64,000 bases of DNA from Felis catus. Lineage: Eukaryota. The stretch's first letter is position 1. The number at the start of each line of letters is the position of its first letter. Below, piece after piece: positions 37,280-50,000 of this stretch. Under the pieces are notes generated by a model, which was not told where the DNA came from, did not search any database, and saw nothing but the letters and a program-made list of their open reading frames with translations. The translations under genes and the position numbers were made by a program. The stretch covers positions 150,166,001 through 150,230,000 of the forward strand of contig NC_058368.1 of NCBI RefSeq assembly GCF_018350175.1, written 5' to 3'.

Positions 37280-37939
37280 GATTCTCAGAAGTCCTACTTT
37301 GGAGAATTTACATTAAGAAAACTGTCAGTAAAACAGACAAAGATTTATAAACACAAGTATTCCCAGAGCATTATTCCTATTATTGAAAATTTTAAGCTCA
37401 TTAAAATTGTAACAACTGAAGTATATTTAAACAATTTGTACTCATCCACATGCTAGAATAATAGGCAGCCATTAACATGGTATTTCTGAAATATTTGAGA
37501 ACAATGACAAATGCTTATAATAATAGTAAGTAAAAACAGCAGGATATAAAATAGTATATACAATTTAAATAAATAAGTGTAGGGAAAATTGTAAGGTAGT
37601 ACATTTTACATTTTCCTTTGTTCTGTCCTTTAAATTGCAAATTATCCACAATAAGCACGTATTACATTTATTATAATAAAATCTCCCTATAAAGTTATTT
37701 TTAAAATTAACCCTCATAATCCTGCCACCCAGAGATAACCATTGTTAAAATTTGGGGCTCTTCCAGTCTTCTTTCTAGGCATATTGATATAGTTGATATC
37801 ATACCACATATACAATTTTAACATCTTACTTATCAAAGTTAACGCTTTTAAGCACAAAATCAATGTATACTAATACTTAAAAGGTCTTTGGTTTGAATAG
37901 ACCTGGGCTTAAGTCTTGACTTTTCCACTGACCATTTGC

Positions 37940-38385
37940 ATCAAATAGAATTGTGTTTGGCAGTACTTACTAATAATTTAACTTCTGTGACTTAATCAAA
38001 CTTAGATAAGGGACTTTCCAAACCTCGGATGGTGCAGTCCATAAGAATTGCCTCAAGGTCCAGGCCTCTCCTAGCCTCCTGTCCTGCCATTCTTAGCTGG
38101 TGGTTTTCAGCCATGGTTACGACTACTACACGTACAGCCTTTCCCTGCCCCTTTGGGAAAAGAAAAGGAGAAAGATGAGGGTCAAAAGACTGAAAAAGGC
38201 CCATTCTAGTGGAGTCTTCCTTAGGAATACCAATCTCTGCTTAAATGGCATTGACTGTAATTAGTCATGTGGCCAGCCTCAATTGTGTTAGTCTGGTGGT
38301 TGAGCACATTGTAAACTCAAATAAAATTGGAGACCTGTTACTAGGGAAGAAAAGAAAATGGAATTTAGTAAGGAAGAAAAGAGAG
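37940..38385 (-). mobile_element. MaLR LTR (MLT1K/L-like) inside a MIR remnant
   Basis: 'ctgtcctgccattcttagc' and 'gcattgactgtaattagtcatgtggccagcctcaattg' are antisense MLT1 motifs; MIR-like flanks on both sides. Confidence 0.45.
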
Positions 38386-38726
38386 ACTAAACCATAGGTG
38401 TATAATCCTCAGCAAAAGTCTTCCTGACATCAGAGTTTTCACATTAAATTAGATAAAAAAAAAGTATCTCACTAGGTGATTGTGAGGACTTAAGGCATGT
38501 AAAATGATTGGCAAAATGCCTAACATCTATAAGTATTCAAGAAATTTCAGCTGTTACTTATTAGAACTCATAAACACAATAGTCTATGATATGATGATGT
38601 ACCTCAATTTTATTGACACTGCTAATTTATTTTGGTTATTGTAAGTACATATATCTTTTATAATTAATAATATTTTTTATTTAAATTAATGCTGCTATGA
38701 ACAATTTGTGCACAATTTTTCCTTCA

Positions 38727-39060
38727 GTTTATATTTTATTCTTTTTTATGAATATAGTTTATTGTCAAATTGGTTTACATATAACACCCAGTGCTCATCA
38801 CAACAAGTGCCCTCCTCAATGCCCATCACCCATTTTCCCCTCTCCCCCAAACCCCCATCCACCCTCAGTTTGTCCTCTGTATTTAAGAGCTCTTGTGGTT
38901 TGCCTCCCTCCCTCTCTGTAACTACTTTTTCCCCTTCCCTTTCCCCATGGCCTTCTGTTAAGTTTCTCAAGATCCACATATGAGTGAAAACATATATCTG
39001 TCCTTACTTGACTCACTCATTTCACTCAGCATAATACCTTCCAGTTCCATCCACGTTGCT
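38727..39060 (-). mobile_element. Short 5'-truncated feline L1 (3'UTR and ORF2 tip)
   Basis: Close paralog of 24225-24543: 'tttattgtcaaattggttt...aacacccagtgctcatc...ccagttccatccacgttgct'. Confidence 0.95.
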
Positions 39061-39264
39061 GCTTGAGAAAAATTCATAGAAATTCAATTAATGGATAAAG
39101 GAGTTTGAACAAGTTTAAAACACTTGATCCATCTTGATGGCTTTCTCTCCAAAATGTTTTTTTACATAATTTATTGCCACAACAGTTCTAATTTCTTCAC
39201 TCTAAACTTTACCTCATTGCATACAGTCATTAAAAATGAAACTACTAATTTGATAGATGATTTG

Positions 39265-40196
39265 GCAAAGGCTACCACCTACTCATCAAAGCCCATACTT
39301 TCCTCTTCTTCCTGTTCACACAGCTTATCTATATTTCCCCACCTCCCTTGCAGATAGGTGTGGTGATGTGACCAAGTTCTAGTCAGTAGAATATGAGTAG
39401 ACATGAGGTATGCCATTTCCAGGCATGGCCCATAAAATTCTCTCACAAGTATCTGTGCATGTTGTCTTTGGGCTGGCTGAGATGGGAACAATGATGGAAA
39501 CTTTGAAAGCCACGTATTGAATGTGCTAGTTCCTGCATCACTGCCTGAGACGTTCTTTAGCTGGGTCCTGAACCCACTCCTCTACCTTCCCATGCAGGGG
39601 CACAACACGAGCAAGAAGTAAACTTCTTTTGCAACAGTTCTTTCAGTTAAGGCTCACAGATCTCTAAGGGGTCCATGGCTAGAATTCAGGTGTGTGGTGG
39701 GAAGTGTCAGTGAACTTGAAATGGGAAAAACTATTATTTTCACCATTGTCTTAACTTCAATTTATGAAAATAGGCAACAAACTGGTCGCATTATCAGTGC
39801 CTATGAGAGGTATTTTTCTATCACACGACAATTGCAGCAGATATGTGAAATTTAGTTCATACTCTTCAAAACTTTGAAACTGTGGTATTAATTAAACATG
39901 CTGCTATATTTTGTTATTGAATATGTTAATAAAGAAGCACCTTTCTTATTATATCACATGTTCTTTTACTATTTTATTGCTCCTCTTCAATTTAATTGGT
40001 TTCTTTTGGAGTCTTTGACATTCTATTTTATGTATTTAAAAACATTATTCTGAAAAGAGGTCCGAAGTTTCACCAGACTGCTAACACGGCCCTGGTACAA
40101 AAAAAAAATTAAGAACATTTGCTTCCATCATGTTTGAGCCATTTTACATTTTTTAGTCTTTCTGTTATACCTTTTAGCATTACCCTAACTTATACA
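39265..40196 (+). mobile_element. MaLR LTR (MLT1I/J-like), split by Charlie4
   Basis: 'tttccccacctcccttgcagataggtgtggtgatgtgaccaagttctag...tgccatttccaggcatggcccataaaa'; 3' end 'gagccatt...ccctaacttataca' resumes at about 40125. Confidence 0.7.
39632..40121 (+). mobile_element. Charlie4a-like hAT DNA transposon
   Basis: 'aaggggtccatggctagaattcagg', 'aaaaacattattctgaaaagaggtcc...tttcaccagactgc...aaaaattaagaac'. Confidence 0.75.
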
Positions 40197-41109
40197 AGTA
40201 ATGAATAGTGTTTTGGGGTTTGGGTATTGTAATGATAAATTTGATGTCTATCATTACATATATATGTATATTTCATACATCAATCCTATGATATTATCAT
40301 ACTTGTGGCAGATGTTTTTACCAGTTCTTGTTTGTCTTTTAATTTTATGATAGTTTACGTATAGTATTCAAATGTGTTTATGTGGTCAATTCTATCAGTC
40401 TCTTTTTATGTAATTTTTATACATCTTTCTCATTTAAAAAAATTCTTCCCCAACCAAAAACCAGTCACAAGGTGCTAACATTTCTCATCCAAGAGGGTGT
40501 GATGGTCAATGTGAATATAACTTCTGGGCTGAGTCTACAATTTGGGCAACTATACTCAGCAACATCAATTTGTTAAATTCTTACCTATGTATTTTAATTT
40601 AATTATTTAATCCATTTGGAATATATTTAACTCACCGTTGTGAGATGGATAAGGAAGATGGATAATTTTTACAATGCCAATTTTCTAATAATTTAACTCT
40701 TCCACTGTTATTTCCTTTGGAATATATTAAATTATTTAATATATATCGGTCCATTTTTGAACTGATCCATGCTAATCTTGTGCCAGTACTATATTTTTTT
40801 TAAATTATTCTTAATTTTATAATATTGTTTTATAGCTGGTTGGGCTAGTTTCCCTTTGTTGTTCATAATTTTCAAGTTTTTGATACTCTGAAAAAATCTT
40901 CCAGAAAAAAACTGCAGAATGAAACTTTGAGAGAAAACTGAGAATGAAACAGAGAAAACTCTCAGCAGAATGAAACTTTGACAGTTGCAGGAAAAATGTG
41001 TATTGCCAAATAAGGAATAACTCCAAGATCTCTTTGTGTATTTGGCCCAAAAGAAAATATTATATTTTAACCACAAATTTATGAGTGACCTCACTTCAAC
41101 TTTTTCACT

Positions 41110-41350
41110 TAATGGTGTGGTGAGAAGAGCTCTGGAATAAGAGTCAGAAATCCTCAGCTTGAAACCATCAATTCTTTCCAGGTGTCTAACTTTAGACAGG
41201 TTGCTTATTGTCTCAGAGTCTTAGCTTCCTCATGGGTAAAATGTGAGTAGAGTTTCTATTCTATTACCCAGGACTTTTGTGAAGAATGAGATAATATATT
41301 TGAAATCTCTTTAAAACCTGCAAAGTATTATAGGCAACAAATTAATATTT
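41110..41350 (+). mobile_element. MIR
   Basis: 'tggtgtggtgagaagagctctggaataagagtcagaa...tctcagagtcttagcttcctcatgggtaaaatg'. Confidence 0.7.
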
Positions 41351-41671
41351 AATTTAAGTTACTGTTTTCCTGGAGCTGGAGATGTATTTACCGTTGTCTA
41401 CATTTGTACCACTGCATCCATTCTCTAGAGCAGAATTTGAAAAAAGACAGATATGTGTTGGATATTATCCAAGAAGATTTAGTTTTGCTGGAGAAGCCAA
41501 AAAGATCTCATTATAAGTTAGTGCCATGACATGGACTCTGAGGATGGTATTAGACCCAGGTTACAATTTCTGTAGCTTCCAGTGTTTGAATGGGGTAATT
41601 GAGGGGAAAAGCTAATAATGACATGACCCAAAGTTAAAATATGGAGATGGAAGGTGAGAATAAGTTATACC

Positions 41672-41697
41672 AGAGAGAGAGAGAGAGAGAGAGAGAG
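41672..41697. repeat. (GA)n microsatellite
   Basis: About 13 units. Confidence 0.95.
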
Positions 41698-43059
41698 CGC
41701 CTAGTTCTAGTTGTACAAAAGAGGAATCCTTTAGAATAGGGATCAGGATTCCAGATGGTTCAGAGTTGTCAAATTTATACATGTCAAAGTCTAGTTTTGC
41801 AAGGAGTTTGAGTGCAAGGTAGATAGAACACAGTGGTGATACATTCATTAACATTTCTTGTAGAACACCATTTAATTTCCTTGCAAATACATTCCTAGGA
41901 GACACTGTGTGGCACACTATGTCTTCCAAAAATGTATGTACAAATTGCGATTGATATGTTTCCACTCTAAAATTACCATTATGTGGGTACAGTCTACACT
42001 GTTGTTGTAGAGAAATACTATAAGCATCAACAGGAGGAGTACATTTCCCTATGAAATGATGCTCACTACTGTAGAAGTGTTTATAAAAAAAGAAGTACAT
42101 TCTTTAAACAGACTCCATGTGCAGTCTCCTTTGCTCTTTTTAGAATAAGAAGTGTTTTTACCAATTATGAGAAGAAATGGTGAGGGAACTACAATTTTAT
42201 GGACTCCTACTATGTGTCGCCCATACACAAGCAGTATGTTATAATCATAGCATTATATGCTATATAATCATAGCAGCATATGCTGCCATGCATAATAGCT
42301 TTCCGAGTTGATTTCTAAGTTTGCCAAAGTTAACTTTATAAAGCAGAGGCAGTTTACCATAGTACTTGGACTCTAGGCTCAGCGTAACCAGGTTGGGAAA
42401 CCAATTCTATCTCTTCTACACTGTAAAAATTACTTGACCTCTTTAAATTTAAGCTTGAGTTTTCACTTCTTTAAAATGAAGATACTACTATTAATAATAG
42501 GAATGACGATATTAATATATAATAATAACATTAGGAAAAATAATAGCTGAGCGATAAAGACAATAAACAAAGAGTTTATTCAGTATCTAAACTAGGTAAG
42601 CAATAAATAATTGCTCATAAGTATTACAAAGACTCCAAAACTTTTACTGGTAAAAAGAAAACTTTCATATTAAATTGTGATTTTAAAAATATTTTTCCTT
42701 TACATCTTTTCTGGAATTTATGTATTTCCTGCTAAAACTCAGAAATTTTTCATTGAGCCTGATTACTAATTGAATCTCTTTAACGTGTAAAGCATATCAA
42801 CTAGATAGCACCCTGGCCCTACTTCGTGATAAGTTTCTGAACTGCTAGTGAAATGCTGTGGGCTCATTGCAATTGGTTAATTCAATTTCCAGCTTCCAGA
42901 AACAAAAATAAATTATCTGTAGCCTGGCTGATTTATTATAAAGGGATCTATTTTAAAATTTATACCTCATACTACATAAAGTGAGCAACTAGGAGGTTTT
43001 AATCTACTTACAAAAATAATTGAATTATAGTTCCTTAATATCACCAGTAAAAAAAATCC

Positions 43060-43662
43060 TCAGAGCATTACAATTGTTAAAGAGAAGACTAAAATTCCCT
43101 CAGATTCTCTTCCAGTGGCTTCCAGCTCACGGAGAAAAAGACTGATATCCTTGGAATGGCCTACAAAGTATTAAACAATATTCCTCCCTCGACTTTCTGG
43201 CCCCAGCACTCACACCTTTCCCTCTAAAACCTTAATTCCTCTGCCAAGCCCTCATTTCTAGCTACACTGATTCTTCCACTAAGACCTCAGGCTCCCATGT
43301 ATATCTGCTTTTTCCTGTGCCTGGATTGCTCTTTCCAAGATTAACTGATACCTCCCTCACTCATTTCATTTGGAAATTTACTCAAATGTGATCTTTGTGA
43401 CAAGATCTACCTTAACCCTCTTAAGAACAACCTCCTCGTTTGCCAAGTGCCCTCTGACTCCCCTCTCTCCTTCATTTTTCTCTATAAATGGCGCCTGGGT
43501 GGCTCATTTGGTTAAATGTCCGACTTCAGCTCAGGTCATGATCTCACAGCTTGCGTGATTGAGTCCTGCATCAGGCTCTGTGCTGAGAGCTCAGAACCTG
43601 GACCTTGCTTTGGATTCTGTGTCTCCCTCTCTCTCTCTGCTCCCCCAAACCCACCAACGCTC

Positions 43663-43699
<37 letters not shown>

Positions 43700-43920
43700 A
43701 AATAAGTAAATGTTAAAAAAAATATTATTTTAAAATTTTCCTCTATAACATTTATCAACTATCTTCCATACTTACTTTATTTTCTTTATTATTCATCTCT
43801 CTTGCAACAAAATATAAGTTGTATGATAGCAGAGATTTTGTTTGGTTTGCAGGTCTATCTCCAGTGCCTATATTTATTCCTGGCATATAATGGACACTTA
43901 ATAAATTTAATTAAATGAAT
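43060..43920 (+). mobile_element. L2 3' portion interrupted by a SINE
   Basis: 'ttccagtggcttcc', 'tactcaaatgtgatcttt', terminus 'tctccagtgcct...cctggcatataatggacacttaataaat...aatgaat'. Confidence 0.75.
43490..43735 (+). mobile_element. Can-SINE
   Basis: 'ggcgcctgggtggctca...ccgacttcagctcaggtcatgatctcac', (CT)n, A tail; flanking ctctataa repeat. Confidence 0.95.
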
Positions 43921-46379
43921 ACTTTCTTTCTTCAAAAGTAAAAGTTTTTATTGGTGACTTCCAATATGAAAAAAAAAATGGACATGTACTTTTAGGAGAC
44001 ACTATGACTAAATACTTAGATGTCTGCTTTCGATTCGAGAGCAAGGAAGAACTCCAGGAACACAATTTATTTAAGAGAACATTCATACATTATGTTGTAC
44101 AACTGGAAGGAATGAAAAAACTGAGGAACTTAATACTAGGGAGAGAGATCCTTGGAACACTGCAGGAAATCTCCAAATGCAATGGGACAATCCCCTCATT
44201 CATCATATGAGAAATCATTGGAAGAAGTACATAATTGAAAACTTCTACACCAAAATGAAATAATGTTAAACTAAGAAACAAGATATATTTTAAACTATAA
44301 ATAAAGCTTGTACTGATGCTATGCTCCTCTTGATTGCTAGTGAATTATTCTGAATGAATTTCAAAATGAAATGTTATGGCTCTCGACAATTGTTTCAGTG
44401 GACTGTTTCTAGTTGGATATGCAACAAAATTGCTGCTATTACAGTTTTGCAATTCAACTAGCAATATTTTTATTGGTCTCCCATCTGCCCAACTTTTCTA
44501 AACTCTACTCCAAGGTCACACTGCACCCTTTCATTGTGACCGGATTGACAAGGTCAAGCCCTTTTTTACTTTGAGAATGACACCCAGACATCATTTTTCA
44601 ACCCTGATAATTGATGCAGACAGCACTGTGGGTGGAGGAAAGGTGAAATGGAATTCACTCGGTTGTTGTTAAGGATGCAACACATTTCATGAATGCAATA
44701 AAAGACTAATGACAAGGCAGTCTCTGTTCTCTTCGCTGAGCTGTAATGAGGAATTGAAATTTTCTTCTGTGAAAAAAGGGAGATGGCTTATCTTCAGTAA
44801 TCAATAAAAACATTTGGAAATGATCACTTTAAAAGAGTTGATAACTTCATCATGTTTCCTCTATAAATGGCTTGGATTATGGAGCCATCTCATGTGAGAA
44901 GCAAGTTGGTAGCTCTCTGGAGCAAAGGCAAGACAGGGCTTCTGATAACACCCCTAAGAGAAGCAGAGCTGTTTGCTTCCAATGCAGAACTGGGAAGACA
45001 GAGACACATTTTGTTGCTTTTGTCATTTTTTTTCAAGTTGATTATCTTTTTCACGGAAGTGATTGCTAAAAATATCTAGCTCCCCATTCCAAGTTTCATC
45101 ACTCAGATTCTTATGAATTGCTAACAGTGTTTTTCATAAATGTTTAAATCATTAATTACAGTAAACATTAGCTTTGTAGCCATCTCAAAGAAGTACCACT
45201 TTAATATTTCCAAATGTTATTTTTATAACACAGATTGTCTGAAGGTGTACGTCATCAAAGCTGAACCGCTGTCTCCTATTCATGCCTCTCATCTTCCTCC
45301 TTCCATGACAGCAAAAAAAGAATTCACTTCCTTTACTTAAAATTCCTCCCTCTTCCAAGCCATTGCTTCTATTAAATTATCCTCATGATGTGAGACTAAC
45401 AGCTTTTTGTTGAATGAAGGTCAAAAGACATGAGTTTAATTGTTTAAAAGTTAATATATATCATAATTTTTTGTTGCATTTAAATAAAACATACACAAAT
45501 ACCTCATGGATACTCTGGCCAATCTATTTCAAGTCTTTTATCTTCCTTTCCCTTTTATGTACAGAACTGGAAACAGGTAGTTGAAATCAAGAGAAAAAAA
45601 ACAAAAACAAAAACAAAGAATGAGGGCCAATGGGCTCTTCCTTAGTACATAGGACCTACGAGCAAACTGATCAGGAAACTTCTATCCCATTTTTCCCAGG
45701 TGTCCTAAGATACCTCTTCTTGTAAGGCAATCCTAGAAACACATAGATAATCTTATTTGAAACTTTCTACTTTCCAATCAGACTCCATAAATCTATTTAC
45801 ATCACATATTTACCATCATTTTTTTACAGGGTTATAGTGTTGAGGATTTACCATATAGAAAACATCATTGCTTCCTGGTTTGGCACTTTCTTATGATCAT
45901 ACATTACTTTCAACTTCTCAAAATGCTTTCACAAACAAGTACAAAGAAGCTGTTTCCCTGTGAGAGTAACATTGCCATTTGCATCCAGCTTAGGCATTAA
46001 TGAAGTTAAAGTAGAAATAAGTTTAAAGTGTTCAAAACCTGTTTAATACTTTAAAGTAAACATGATACAATTACTGGATCATTTTTTCAATTTTGAATAT
46101 TTGCAGTGTGTTCACTTAGTACTTCATGATTTGCTATCTAGTCTTAAATCTTCCAAAGTCTTGATTATCTGGGCCAGTGAGGATCTGAAATAGAATGATT
46201 GGCTTCACCGTATCAATCACTCCCAGGGACTACACTCAGGCACTTTGAGACGAAGACCTACCTTTTCTCTTGAGAGGTTTAACGTTTACAAGAGCAAGTA
46301 GCATGAGTGTTTTATTTAAACCCCCTCTTCTTTTCCCTATAATTTAAATAGAATTATTTAAACTGATGACATATTTGAA

Positions 46380-46590
46380 ATATAATCATAATGGTAAATG
46401 ATAATTTATTAATCATTTCTTATGTGTCAATCCCTTTTCAAGGCACGTAACATACCTTATGTCATTTCACTCTCATAGCAGCCCTCTGGGTAGGTTCTAC
46501 TAGTATGACCATTTTAAAGATGAGGAAACTGATGCACAGCATCCTCCATACCCATAATGCAACTTGCCCAAGGTCAAATGGCAAAACATG
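46380..46590 (-). mobile_element. MIR
   Basis: 'ccattttaaagatgaggaaactgatgcacag...aacttgcccaaggtca'. Confidence 0.75.
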
Positions 46591-46866
46591 GCTCTTGTTT
46601 TGAAGAAAAATCTTATTTAATAGATGGAACATTCATCTTTTCAAATGATAAATATCAAATATTTCAAGAAATAAGATGCCTACAAGAAGACATGAGCAAT
46701 GTAGTTTTGTCCTGTGCATATCACAGATTTAGAGGACTGTTTCATGCAACCAGAAGGACTAAGTATATGACTTTAAACAAATTTGGTTTCTTAGGCCCTC
46801 AGTGTTTTTGTCTGCCATATTGTCAATATTAATATTGATCTGTGAGAATTAAAACTGAACTAAAAA

Positions 46867-47085
46867 GGGGCGCCTGGGTGGCTCAGTCGGTTGAGCGTCC
46901 GACTTTGGCTCAGGTCATGATCTCACAATCCGTGAGTTTGAGCCCCGCATCAGGCTCTGTGCTGACAGCTCAGAGCCTGGAGCCTGCTTCGGATTCTGTG
47001 TCTCCCTCTCTCTCTCTGGCCCTCCCCCCGTTCATGCTCTGTCTCTCTCTGTCTCAAAAATAAATAAATGTAAAAAAATTTTTTT
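46867..47085 (+). mobile_element. Can-SINE, young and CpG-rich
   Basis: 'ggggcgcctgggtggctcagtcggttgagcgtccgact...'; flanking aaactgaa repeat. Confidence 0.97.
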
Positions 47086-50000
47086 AAACTGAATAAACAT
47101 GTAAAGACCTAGTATTACCATACTTATTTTAGGTTCTTAATAAATATTAGTGTAATTTTCTCCTTCATGTAGACTCAATATCCAAATTTATGGTAATTTG
47201 ATTCTCACACTGCACTGAAAATTCACATCTAACTTATGACAACTTTTTATTTAAGAATCTTTGCCCTTACATTTGTCATGTTTAAGTACCCCATTTTATA
47301 ATTGAACCCCATTTTATAATTTAGCTTCATATTTCTAACTTCTATTCCAAATCTCTCTCTTTTTTCTTATGAAGTATAGTTGACATAAATCTCTCTTTAA
47401 TATTATAGCTTCTGTGAGATTCCATTGGAGTTGAAATTTCTAACAACATAATTTAGGAGAAAAATTACTTTTGTCCCTATTAAATGTCTTTCCTACTCAT
47501 TTAAGGTAGACGTGATTGTCTCTTGAAAGTCTATGGCCATATTTCAGATGTTAGTGAAACTTTGATCTAATTTACCCGTTATTAAACTTTGTTTTCTTTT
47601 CTTTTAAATATGAGGCTCAGCTACCTAAAGCATAAGTATCATTGTCCATGAATATGCCATGGAAGCTTCTCAACCATTTAATAGGAACCAGAAAACTTCT
47701 TATCAGTTATATAGATTGTAAAGGAAAATGTGTTTCCATGTTGGTTTATCTTTTCTGCTTCTTTGTAATATGATTACTCTCAGCACTTGTTTAGTAACAA
47801 GTTATGTCATTCTTTTCTTTAAATCTCTAAAATCTTAATTTTACTTGGTAGAAAATCATCTACCTGCTGAAGAATATTATAGGTGGAACAATGCAGCCAA
47901 TTTTTATAAATAATTGTCTTATCTTAGTGGTGTACAAAATATTTTCTAAAGTCATGTCTGCAAAATCAACATGAACTGAGGGGAAACATCAGAAGACTTA
48001 ATGACATAATATACCAGTGTATTCCTATGTTTCAAGGCCACGGATAAGAACAAGAAATTATTGCCAATAGTATTATAATGGCTACTTCTAATCCTTTGGA
48101 TATAGTATGCACCTTTATTTAACAGCAAAAAAAATTTAAGGCTAACTCCATTCAAGATAGACCATATAATCTAATACAATATCCAGCTTAAAACAATCAG
48201 ATGGTCAATATATTTTTTAGGTTATGCCCAGTCTGTCACTGTATGCCTTCTCTTCTTCTCCCAACGTGACTGTAACTGTCAACCCTATCCTCACCCCATG
48301 ACATCCAAAGGCTACGGCTTATTTTCATCAGAAATAATGACTTACTGTGGTAGTAATTTTCCCTGGGGTGACAGGAAAGGGGAAGTCAAAACCAAAATAG
48401 CATTAATCCAAGTTAAAATAAAAGATTATGAATAGTTTCAAAATCTCTGTCACCACAAGATGTGATGCTATGGCTGATAATGACTTCTTTCTACCATAAT
48501 CTCCAGGCTAAATCCTGACCAGACACAAGGTGTTTAAGGTGGTCCTGCTTAATATGCAGACACTTGGTGCCAGAGAAACTGGAAGCAGTTTAAAAAGCAT
48601 GGTCTTGGAACATGGCCTCTACCTCAGCTCCAACTCCCACTCTCCACCTTGGGTTCTGTTTCATTTCCCTGGGCTCTGGTTAATACCGTCACTTTCTTCT
48701 CAAGTCTTCATTTTCCAACCACAGGCCTCTGCCAGGTTCTCGTTGCCCACCTCCAGCCACACAAGTGTACTGTGTATGCATGCTGACAGTACAAGATAGC
48801 ATTTTAAAGCTGAGAAGTCCTCGAGAAATCATTGAATTTAATATCCTCCTTTCAGAGCTATGGAAACCAAGAATCAAATCCGATTTTTCCAATTAAATAC
48901 TAAAGGTATGGCTTGAGCAGGATACATCATTGGACATATTTTTCTTCCTCACTATGACTACTAGTGGTGTGTTTTCTACAAATTAAGGTATTCCTTATCC
49001 AGACTCCACCTGCCATGTGTTTCCTCCCTCCTCAATTGCTTTTCTTTCCTATGTGTTATCTTGGGTCTTGGGCCACCATCAGAAAGACCGCTCTCTCGCA
49101 TACAATGCAGGTCTACACATAGAATGAGGGATGCTCTGCATTCAACCTCCACTTGCTAGAGAATAACTTCTCATTCTTTTTCAATTTGGGGAACCCAAGG
49201 ACCATCTGACATCCTTTCTGCAGACAGAAAAATGTCATTTATCCTATAGAGATGTAGAATTAAGAAACTGGTTTTGAAACCTGCTCCCATCTTCAGTTTG
49301 TCTGTCATTTAGTCTGCTCCCTGTGCATCTCCTGCTACCACCGGAATCAGTCACATATGCTTTTGAAGTGGTCTGGGTGTGAAAGTCCAGAGCTTAACAT
49401 GTTTTCTCCCACTGAAACATGTGAGGCATAGTTGAAATAGTACTACTATTATTACAATTGTTCAAGTCCATTTTGCATTAAATAGGCTTTTTTTTTTCAT
49501 TCTTTCCCAAGAACATATTCAGCAGATACACATAATTTCAATGAGAAATATGTTTTAAGATCCAGCCAGTATCAAAATTAACTTTTAACTCACATAATTC
49601 ATTCAAAAGTTCATAGCTACCAGAATTTACCTGTTTAAGTCTACATTTCTTGTTATGGTGTTTGTGGATGGTATTTCAATATAACTGAATTTCTTCCCTT
49701 GATATTTTCTTGTTTAGCATTGACAGTCAAGGGTTTATATATCAAGACGAGTAAGAGGTAACAGTTCATTCTCAAATGTCTGTTAAAGCTTTTTCTTTCT
49801 AGCTGGATGAAAAAAAAAAAGATTCTACATAATGTTAAAGCAAAATAGAGAGTTAAAAGGTCAAGGTTCTGATCAAACTTGCCCAGGCACTGCCTGTTTG
49901 AGCTCAAGTTGATTATTTCAGTTTTCTGTGAATCAGGTTCCACATCTACCAAATACCTTCAGTTCTTGTTTTCAAAATACAGAAAAAGTCCTTGAGAAAA

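Noticed and set aside
13131..46960. tRNA-like heads with Pol III A/B boxes
   Set aside because: They are the tRNA-derived 5' parts of Can-SINEs, followed by CT tracts and A tails; no standalone tRNA gene
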